From Thermoplasmatota archaeon (GTDB lineage: Archaea > Thermoplasmatota > Penumbrarchaeia > Penumbrarchaeales > Penumbrarchaeaceae): a DNA stretch of 33,733 bases. A model generated the notes under the pieces. The model did not search any database and was not told the DNA's origin. It saw only the letters and a program-made list of their open reading frames with translations. Location: positions 47,436-81,168 of the forward strand of contig JARVGK010000011.1 in NCBI GenBank assembly GCA_029762535.1, written 5' to 3'. The position numbers and the translations under genes were made by a program. Below, piece after piece: positions 7,776-15,746 of the stretch; positions within the stretch are counted from its first letter, which is position 1; each line of letters begins with the position of its first letter.

Positions 7776-10159
7776 TAGATGATATGAATTCCACATTGGA
7801 TCTGTTCGGTTCTGATGATAATAAGGTACAACAAACTATTGAAGAAAAAAGGATTGAACACTCCGAAGAAGATGGAATTGATAATGTAAATGACATAACT
7901 TTAGAGGGATGCTCTCCAGTTCCGCTTGCCAGTTATCTCAAAGCCTTGGGTGTTTTCCGATTGGTGGCGGAACAGAAGGACAGAAAGGTCAGAGGATACT
8001 GGAAGAACGATAGATTCCATCTGGTAACCAGAATGACAGAGAATGAATTGATCGATTTCTTTGTCAAAGAATACAAACCAAGTCCTATATTATCACCTTG
8101 GAATGGAAGAAGTGGCTTCCTGGAGGAAGATGAAGATTCTAATAGAAAAGGTGCAGTATTGAAAAAAAGTTTTTCGGACAATATATCCATCAGATTCAGC
8201 AATATTAGGAAAATGATAAAAATTTTAAATGAATTTGAAGAGATTAATAATTTAAATAACATTCGCAATCATAGGAAAAATGTGGAAAATGAATTAAATA
8301 TAATAAAAAAGATTAAAAATAAAACGAATGAAGATTTGATAAATGAAAATGTTTTAAAAGAAGAGAAAAATATACTATCAAATTCGGAATCTGAATTAAA
8401 AAACAATCTGTTAAATGTTCTAAGAAATAAATTACCAGATGATATCTTATCCTGGATGGATTCAACATTATCTCTAAAAAGTGATATTGATTCCAAACCT
8501 GAAATGCTCCCCTTATTGGGAAGTGGTGGTGTAGATGGAAGTCAGGATTTTTCTGTAAATTTTCTTGAAAGGATTTGCGATCTTTTCTCTTTAGAAACTG
8601 GTAATCCCAGAGAAGCCACCAATTTCTTGTTAATAAATTCTTTATTTAATCTTAATATTAATAGTATCCCTTCAACCACTGTAGGCCAATTCAATCCAAA
8701 TGCAGCAGGTGGAATGAATGCACAATCAGGTTTTGAAGCAGATTCCATAATGAATCCTTGGGATTTTATTTTCCTGATTGAGGGAACTCAACTTTTCTTG
8801 TCAACAGTGACCAGAAGAAATAATATTCAAATGAATTATGCATCTGCTCCATTTACTGTAAAACATTCTATATCTGGGTATGGATCCTCATCTAGAGAAA
8901 TGAAAGAAGAATCAAGAGCGGAGATCTGGATGCCTATCTGGAGTAATAAAGCCTGTTTTCAAGAGATTAAAAAAATCTTCTCAGAAGGTAAATCTTCACT
9001 AAATGGTAATATATCGTATTCGGGAGTTGATTTTGCTTTATCTATAGCATCATTGGGAGTTGATCGTGGAATAACTGAGTTTATAAGATATGGATTACTA
9101 AAAAGAAATGGTAAAAATTATTTTGCAATACAATTGGGAAGATTTAAAGTAAAAAGGCAACCTCAGATAGATCTAATAAAGGATATCAATCACTGGCTAA
9201 GTAAGATGAGGCAGAAATTGTCTTCAAAGGAGATGCCTAATTCGATAAAGAGTGCACTCCATAAACTTGATGGTCTTATCATCGCGCTCTGCAGTCAGAA
9301 AAGTACGCAAAAGATTGAGAGCATTCTCATAGAGTTGGGACGAATTGAGGCTCAATTGAATAAAAGCAAGAGATGGGTAAAAGATACTGCCAAAATCGAT
9401 CCCATTCCATATTTATCTAAGAAATGGATCGATGAATGCAACGATGGATCTGCAGAATACAGGCTTGCACTTTCGCTTGCATCGATATATGGTAGATTCG
9501 GAAAGGATTACATCTCTATAAGGCAGAACCTGGAACCGATTATCTTGCCGGAAGAGAAAAAACCATTTTTCGAGATCGAAAACAATGAAAATGAAATTGT
9601 TGATACAAAAGGAGATCTCATACATGTGATGAACAGAATCCTTGCAAGGAGGATTATAAAAGCCCAGCAGGCAGGATGCGATTCATATTCTGATAGGGCT
9701 ATGTTTTATTGTTCTCCGTCCGATATATCGGATTTCTTGGAGGAGAGGGTAAATGACAGTAAGATATGGGACCTTTTTAATGGTCTTGTTCTGATCAACT
9801 GGAAAAAGAGAGAAGAAATACATATACAAAAACCAGATCTCAGAGATACAATTTATCCCGATTCCGTTTACATGATGATGAAACTCTGCTACTGCGATTA
9901 CGAATTCCCATCCGGTAGGATCCCACTTGTTCCAGAGATCCACAGAAGATGTTCAGCAGGAGATGGAACGGGAGCTTTCAGATCGTCTCTTAAACGATTG
10001 AGAGGCAGTGGGGTGATTCCCGCTGTAACCAATGCGAGTGTTTCACGGAGAAAAGCCATCAGGATGGCTGCAAGTCTTCTTTTCCCTGTCCATGAGAATC
10101 AGATAAGAGAATATCTGAATCGTATCGGACGGACAGGAACATATAATTTCAAGGAGTAA
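7772..10159 (+). CDS. csx17: Type I-G large subunit Cas8g (Csx17/Cas8u)
   Basis: LEGCSPVPLASYLKALGVFRLV, SPWNGRSGF, LLGSGGVDG, NPWDFI-LIEG, AEIWMPIW and RNGKNYFA motifs. GTG start overlaps the cas3 TGA. Confidence 0.92.
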   Translation: MIDDMNSTLDLFGSDDNKVQQTIEEKRIEHSEEDGIDNVNDITLEGCSPVPLASYLKALGVFRLVAEQKDRKVRGYWKNDRFHLVTRMTENELIDFFVKEYKPSPILSPWNGRSGFLEEDEDSNRKGAVLKKSFSDNISIRFSNIRKMIKILNEFEEINNLNNIRNHRKNVENELNIIKKIKNKTNEDLINENVLKEEKNILSNSESELKNNLLNVLRNKLPDDILSWMDSTLSLKSDIDSKPEMLPLLGSGGVDGSQDFSVNFLERICDLFSLETGNPREATNFLLINSLFNLNINSIPSTTVGQFNPNAAGGMNAQSGFEADSIMNPWDFIFLIEGTQLFLSTVTRRNNIQMNYASAPFTVKHSISGYGSSSREMKEESRAEIWMPIWSNKACFQEIKKIFSEGKSSLNGNISYSGVDFALSIASLGVDRGITEFIRYGLLKRNGKNYFAIQLGRFKVKRQPQIDLIKDINHWLSKMRQKLSSKEMPNSIKSALHKLDGLIIALCSQKSTQKIESILIELGRIEAQLNKSKRWVKDTAKIDPIPYLSKKWIDECNDGSAEYRLALSLASIYGRFGKDYISIRQNLEPIILPEEKKPFFEIENNENEIVDTKGDLIHVMNRILARRIIKAQQAGCDSYSDRAMFYCSPSDISDFLEERVNDSKIWDLFNGLVLINWKKREEIHIQKPDLRDTIYPDSVYMMMKLCYCDYEFPSGRIPLVPEIHRRCSAGDGTGAFRSSLKRLRGSGVIPAVTNASVSRRKAIRMAASLLFPVHENQIREYLNRIGRTGTYNFKE

Positions 10160-10173
10160 AGGAGGTATTATGA

Positions 10174-11121
10174 ATGGATATGAAACTACTGGAAAACGAA
10201 TCGAGACTGCTAATAGAAGTTCCCCTGAAACCTGTTCAGGGGACCAGGTTCCAACCTACGGGATTTCCCGACCTTGGAGCTGCAACATACACGCTTGCGG
10301 ACGGAACGGAAATGCTTCTTGTGGAATCATCTCAGAGCATGGCGAACAGACTTGAAGAAGTATGCTGGGATAATGCCAAGAATGATTTAGTTGAAACTTT
10401 GGCGGGACTGCCTTATATCGCTTCAACTCTACCAGATGGTTCAAGAACAAATACAATTCTTGAAGCTCATAGAATGAATTCTCCCTATATTGTGAAATCA
10501 AAGGAATTTGAAAAAATAAATCAAGAGATTGGATTCGAAAAGAATAAGCCATTCAACACACATAATTTAATTAGAACTCTGTTAAAATATGATATTAATT
10601 CATTAATTCATGGGATATTTTTAGAAAAAGTTGGCGGTGTGGTCAGAATACCAAGGTCATTATCCGGATTTATTGAGGCGAAAAATATCACAACTGCTCC
10701 AAGTGGAGGTGTAAAATTTGATAGGGTGCAACCTGAAACCACAGGTCAAGTAACACCTTATGGTAAAGCTGATGAAGGATATGGAAATGTGCCTTTCCCC
10801 AGAGATGAATATACCGGTGATATCACTGCATATTTCAATCTGGACCTATCACAGATAAGAGGATTTGGATTGGGAAAGGATGTTGAGGAATTGCTAATCC
10901 TTCTTGCCTTGTTCAAGATTAGAAAAATCCTCAAAGATGGCCTCAGACTTAGGACCGCTTGTGATCTTGAAATATCAGGAGATATCAAGGTAACTAGACC
11001 AGAATCATTCAGAATTCCCGAACTTAAAGATATTGAAACCGAGATACGATCCGCAATCTCGAAAGTGGAAGGACTGTTTTCATATCCGAGAATAACTGAA
11101 GTGGTGTACTCAAAGGCGTGA
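10174..11121 (+). CDS. csb1: Type I-G Cas7 (Csb1)
   Basis: RFQPTGFPDLGAA, LLVESSQSMANRLE, EAHR, GYGNVPF and LRLRTACDL motifs. Confidence 0.95.
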   Translation: MDMKLLENESRLLIEVPLKPVQGTRFQPTGFPDLGAATYTLADGTEMLLVESSQSMANRLEEVCWDNAKNDLVETLAGLPYIASTLPDGSRTNTILEAHRMNSPYIVKSKEFEKINQEIGFEKNKPFNTHNLIRTLLKYDINSLIHGIFLEKVGGVVRIPRSLSGFIEAKNITTAPSGGVKFDRVQPETTGQVTPYGKADEGYGNVPFPRDEYTGDITAYFNLDLSQIRGFGLGKDVEELLILLALFKIRKILKDGLRLRTACDLEISGDIKVTRPESFRIPELKDIETEIRSAISKVEGLFSYPRITEVVYSKA

Positions 11122-12704
11122 TCCAAATGATAGGCATCCGGTTTCGCTTCCCAGCCGGGAGGTACCATGCCACGCCATGGAAAAGACAGGTTAACGAGGG
11201 AGTGGTGGAGTGGCCTCCCAATCCATGGAGGATAATAAGAGCTTTTATATCCGTTTATTATCTTAAGATGGAGGAGGATGTAAGAAAAGAAATTCTTATT
11301 TCATTGATAGAGAAACTCTCAACTGAACCTATTTACAAACTGCCAAAAGCAAGCATTGGGCACACCAGACATTATATGCCTCAATATAAGGACAAAACAT
11401 CATTAATCTTCGATACTTTCGCTTCTGTGAAAAAGGACGATGAACTTATAGTATCATGGCCAGATATTGAACTGAACGAAGAAGAAAGGAATATTCTAAT
11501 GAGAATCCTTAAAAATATGAACTATCTTGGAAGAGCTGAATCATGGGTTGAAGCTGAAATCTATGATAACCCCATCTATCCAAACTGTATGCCCCTTAAA
11601 ATTTTCGATAGGGATATGGATGTAGAGCTAATCGATGTTTTGATGCCAATGAAAGAAAATAAATTCCATGAATGGAAGGTTGATCTTTCAAGTAAGATGC
11701 CCGCAAAATCAAGGAAACATCTTCAAAATATTGATTCAATGTTTAATGCTCTATGCATTGACACCTCAATACTAAAGAAGAATGGATGGAGCGATCCTCC
11801 GGGTAGCGAATGGGTTCAGTATGTAAGACCATCAAATATATTTGAAATAACACCCGCTATAAACTATACTAAAGAAGATAAATTCAGACCTACCGTTGCG
11901 AGATTCGCTATCGCATCTCAGGTACCACCAAGATTAACAGATACCGTATCATTTGCAGATCGCATCCATAAATCTCTTGTTAGCAGGGTTAAAGATTCAA
12001 GAGTTTTTACAGGTTGTGATGAGGAACACAAGCCTCTTAATGGACACGAACATTCTTTTATATTAAGTGAATCGAACATTGCCCTTGGAAAAGGAAAGAG
12101 AGGTGAAATCACACATGTTTCAATATACGCACCATTAGGTTTCGGCACAAATGAAAGAAAGGCTTTAGACGGCCTTTCAAAGGTTTGGGGTCATGGCGGG
12201 CATGATATCCAGTTGGTTCTGATAGGTATTGGAACACCTTCCGATTATGGAGGATCAATAAAAATATCGGGGCAATCTCCTATTATGTCAGAATCCAGAA
12301 TATGGGAATCAAGGACACCTTTTGTTCCCACACGACATCCCAAGTATACTAGAGCTGGTGTTCCTAAGTACGAAGAAATCAATGTTAAGGTCGAAGGAAT
12401 GCCAGAAGGCATGATTCATTTAGGTAGTCCAGAACATGACCTGCTCAGACTTTTAAACGAGATGGGCTTCCCTAAGCCTGTTTCAATAGAAAAAGTCGAA
12501 CATACGGATCTTGCCGGAAAAAAGACAAGATGGCTTGAATTTAAACGAAATCGATATGGAGGCAATGGTATCAAGAGCACTGAAATGGGGTATGGATTTA
12601 GAATCGTATTCCCACAAAGTGTAAGAGGTCCTATAGTTGTTGGATACGGTGCACACTTCGGACTCGGGCTCTTCGTCCCACAAGACGACAAGGAGAAGGG
12701 ATAG
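11118..12704 (+). CDS. csb2: Type I-G Cas5/Cas6 fusion (Csb2)
   Basis: FPAGRYHATPW, EWPPNPWR, YLGRAESWV and the C-terminal GPIVVGYGAHFGLGLF G-loop. Confidence 0.95.
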   Translation: MIQMIGIRFRFPAGRYHATPWKRQVNEGVVEWPPNPWRIIRAFISVYYLKMEEDVRKEILISLIEKLSTEPIYKLPKASIGHTRHYMPQYKDKTSLIFDTFASVKKDDELIVSWPDIELNEEERNILMRILKNMNYLGRAESWVEAEIYDNPIYPNCMPLKIFDRDMDVELIDVLMPMKENKFHEWKVDLSSKMPAKSRKHLQNIDSMFNALCIDTSILKKNGWSDPPGSEWVQYVRPSNIFEITPAINYTKEDKFRPTVARFAIASQVPPRLTDTVSFADRIHKSLVSRVKDSRVFTGCDEEHKPLNGHEHSFILSESNIALGKGKRGEITHVSIYAPLGFGTNERKALDGLSKVWGHGGHDIQLVLIGIGTPSDYGGSIKISGQSPIMSESRIWESRTPFVPTRHPKYTRAGVPKYEEINVKVEGMPEGMIHLGSPEHDLLRLLNEMGFPKPVSIEKVEHTDLAGKKTRWLEFKRNRYGGNGIKSTEMGYGFRIVFPQSVRGPIVVGYGAHFGLGLFVPQDDKEKG

Positions 12705-13373
12705 ATGAAAGACCGTGAACTCATTCTGGAAGGCCCGGAAGGGCTGTTCGTTGAGTTCAAACAAAAGGTCAACTCATCCCTATCCAGGGAGGTCTCCGCC
12801 TTTGCCAACACGAGCGGGGGTACTATCGTAATCGGTTTAAATGACAACGGCGCAATCATCGGTCTGAACGATTTAAACGAAAATCAGTCCAAGATCATGT
12901 CCCATGCCAGAAACTGTGACCCGCCAGTTCATATCGATGCGATCGCGTATCGGACCAGAACCGGCCAAGATGTGATATATGTAGAAATTCCGGATAATTC
13001 CGACAGACCCCATTCCTGTTCTGAAGGCTTTTTTCTGCGAAGCTGTTCAAGCACCCAGAAGATGATTAGAGATGAGATCATCCGGTTCCTGCATTCGTTC
13101 ATCTTCGACAGGATAATCCCACAAGATACCCCCCAAGTCACCCCCCAAGATAAAATGTTGTTTATACTCTACGACAAAGAATTGAGCAGGGATGAAATTA
13201 TGGAAGTTATTGATTTGAAGGATCGAAAACATTTTAGAGAGATATACTTGAATCCAACAATTAGATCTGGTTTTATCGAAATGACGATCCCTGATAAACC
13301 AAATAGCCCGAATCAAAATTATAGATTGACGTCAAAAGGCAGGTCCTATCTTTCAAAGATAGAGGTTATTTAG
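12705..13373 (+). CDS. Schlafen/AlbA_2 domain fused to a C-terminal winged HTH
   Basis: EGLFVEFK, VSAFANTSGGTIVIGLND and FFLRSCSST, then TPQVTPQD linker and KDRKHFRE.YL.P...TIPDKPNSPNQ.YRLT (Fic-C-like wHTH). Confidence 0.85.
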   Translation: MKDRELILEGPEGLFVEFKQKVNSSLSREVSAFANTSGGTIVIGLNDNGAIIGLNDLNENQSKIMSHARNCDPPVHIDAIAYRTRTGQDVIYVEIPDNSDRPHSCSEGFFLRSCSSTQKMIRDEIIRFLHSFIFDRIIPQDTPQVTPQDKMLFILYDKELSRDEIMEVIDLKDRKHFREIYLNPTIRSGFIEMTIPDKPNSPNQNYRLTSKGRSYLSKIEVI

Positions 13374-13576
13374 TTACATTCACTGGCATCATCCGCCCCT
13401 CAAGGTCATGAGGCCTTGTGGTCCGGGCACAAGGATCGCTGTTCGATCCCTGCATGAGGACGATGGTCCGATCGGGATCGGCAGGACCATTTAGATTGAT
13501 CTTTCGATAATTCTTCTGATCCAATAATGTCTTGGATTTTTATAAATAGTGTCAATAATAGTATTATTTGATCTGT

Positions 13577-15235
13577 ATGGCAGAAGAGGCGATCAAATCA
13601 CAATTGGCCGAGTTAATACCCGTTCGTATGTTGAACGAATTCGCCTATTGTCCCCGTCTTGCATATATCGAATGGGTACAGGGAGACTTCACAGACAATG
13701 AACATACCCTTCAAGGTACAAGGCGGCATAAGACGGTTGCCGAGGTCAAAGGCGATATTTCCGATATCGATGAGAAGAAGATCCGGGCCAGAGGCGTTAC
13801 CCTTTCTTCTGAGACCTATGGTATTATTACAAAGATGGACATAATCGATGGTGAGAATGGAGAGGTCAACCCCTTGGAGTTGAAAAAGGGAGACGGCCCC
13901 GATGAAGGAGTATGGGAAGCGGATCTGGTCCAGATAGGATCCCAGATGATGATCCTTAGGGACAATGGCATGGAATGCCACAAAGGATATGTCTATTATT
14001 CTTCAACGAACAGGAAGGTTCTTGTTCCCTTCGATGAAGCACTTGAATCAAAGGTGATCGATATCATAAACAGGATAAGATCATGTGCTGAAAAAGGGGA
14101 GATCCCGGAGCCTCTCAACGGTTCAAGAAAATGTGAAGGTTGTTCGATAGCAGGAATATGTCTTCCGGATGAGACCATTCTCTTATCGAATATCAAGGGT
14201 GAGAAAGAGATCAGATGTCTGTATGCTGCAAGAGATGATGAGAATCCTCTCGTAATTAATGAACAGGGATCTTATCTTAGCAAGAAAGGAGAAGAATTGA
14301 TTTTAAAGAAGGACAAGGAGAAATTGGGATCCGTTCGTATAATGGAGGTTTCTGATATCTCCTTGTATGGGAACGTTCAGATATCTACCCAGGCACTAGG
14401 AGAGATGATCGATAGGAACATACCCATATCCTATTTCTCATATGGAGGATGGTTCAGGGGAATGTCGCTTGGTATGCCACACAAGAATGTGGAACTCAGG
14501 ATCAAACAATATAGAGTATACAATGATGAGAATAAACGGTTGGGTTTGTCCAGAATGTTCGTTCATGGCAAGATAAAGAATGCCAGAACGCTTCTCATGA
14601 GGAACGCTGAGGGAATAAAATATGTCTGTACTGCGGAGATGAAGAGGCTTGGTGAAAAAGCTTTAAGATGCAAAACCGAAGATAGCCTTTTAGGAATAGA
14701 GGGAGCAGCGGCAAGATTATATTTCATGAGTTTTCCTCAAATGTTGAAGAACGGATTGAAGGATGGATTCGACTTCAAGAACAGGAACAGGAGGCCTCCG
14801 AAGGATCCTATAAACGCCATGCTTTCATTCTGCTATTCTCTTCTTACGAAGGATCTGACAATAGCCGCACTGAAAGTAGGATTCGATCCTTACCTTGGTT
14901 TTTATCACAAGCCCCGATATGGAAGACCTGCGCTTTCTCTTGATATCATGGAAGAGTTCAGACCGATAGTGGCTGATTCGGTAGTTATTTCAGCTATTAA
15001 CAACGAGGAGATCAAACCTGATGATTTCATTATCAGGAATCTTGGAGTCACTATGAACCCTGACGCTAGAAAAAGCCTGACATATGCATACGAGAGACGG
15101 ATGAGAACTCAGATAAAACATCCTCTTTTTGGATATCAGGTAAGTTACAGAAGGGTTCTTGAATTACAGATGAGGATTATGGCCAGATGCTTGAATGGAG
15201 AGATCGATAACTACATACCCTTCACAACGAGGTGA
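13577..15235 (+). CDS. cas1: Cas4-Cas1 fusion
   Basis: N-terminal YCPR...ELKKG...CEGCS..GIC (Cas4 Fe-S/RecB motifs). Cas1 motifs LLGIEGAAARLYF, RNRRPPKDPINAMLSFCY, GFYH and DIMEEFRP. Confidence 0.96.
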   Translation: MAEEAIKSQLAELIPVRMLNEFAYCPRLAYIEWVQGDFTDNEHTLQGTRRHKTVAEVKGDISDIDEKKIRARGVTLSSETYGIITKMDIIDGENGEVNPLELKKGDGPDEGVWEADLVQIGSQMMILRDNGMECHKGYVYYSSTNRKVLVPFDEALESKVIDIINRIRSCAEKGEIPEPLNGSRKCEGCSIAGICLPDETILLSNIKGEKEIRCLYAARDDENPLVINEQGSYLSKKGEELILKKDKEKLGSVRIMEVSDISLYGNVQISTQALGEMIDRNIPISYFSYGGWFRGMSLGMPHKNVELRIKQYRVYNDENKRLGLSRMFVHGKIKNARTLLMRNAEGIKYVCTAEMKRLGEKALRCKTEDSLLGIEGAAARLYFMSFPQMLKNGLKDGFDFKNRNRRPPKDPINAMLSFCYSLLTKDLTIAALKVGFDPYLGFYHKPRYGRPALSLDIMEEFRPIVADSVVISAINNEEIKPDDFIIRNLGVTMNPDARKSLTYAYERRMRTQIKHPLFGYQVSYRRVLELQMRIMARCLNGEIDNYIPFTTR

Positions 15236-15253
15236 TGATAACTGAACATATAC

Positions 15254-15529
15254 ATGATATGTTATGATATCGCGGATCCCAAGAGATTGCGTTATGTATA
15301 CAAGATAATGAAGGGATATGGATCTCCCATGCAGTATTCTGTGTTCAGATGCAATCTTTCTCCAAGGAAATTCCAAACATTGCTTTCTATGATCGAGGAT
15401 GTCATTGATAAGGAAGAAGATAAGGTTATGATCGTTGATCTTGGGCCTTCTGATGGGACATGGATAAACAGGTTTACTTTTATGGGAATAACAAAACCCA
15501 TAGTTGAGGAACAGGTTTATATCTTCTGA
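15254..15529 (+). CDS. cas2: Cas2
   Basis: ICYDIADPKRLR...QYSVFRC. A CTG start at 15242, after GAGGTGA, is also plausible. Confidence 0.95.
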   Translation: MICYDIADPKRLRYVYKIMKGYGSPMQYSVFRCNLSPRKFQTLLSMIEDVIDKEEDKVMIVDLGPSDGTWINRFTFMGITKPIVEEQVYIF

Positions 15530-15746
15530 AAAATATTATGAATCGATGTTCTGGAACGGTATATTGTTTGCGAGAGGTGTGTTGGGAACACCCTCATATT
15601 CGAACCTCTCGCAAGGAGGTTATCTTGAATATAAAACTGATGTTGAACAGTTAGCCAAAGTAGTGGATAAAGGCATGTGGATCAGGTTGAAAAAGGACAT
15701 GAAAACACAACCTCTCGAAAATCTTTGTGTAAAAGTATAAATTGCT
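15530..15746 (+). promoter_or_regulatory. CRISPR leader
   Basis: Lies between cas2 and the first repeat. Inverted repeat TTGCGAGAGGT(15568)/ACCTCTCGCAA(15604), a third AACCTCTCG at 15709, and an AT-rich AAAAGTATAAA near the array. Confidence 0.8.
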
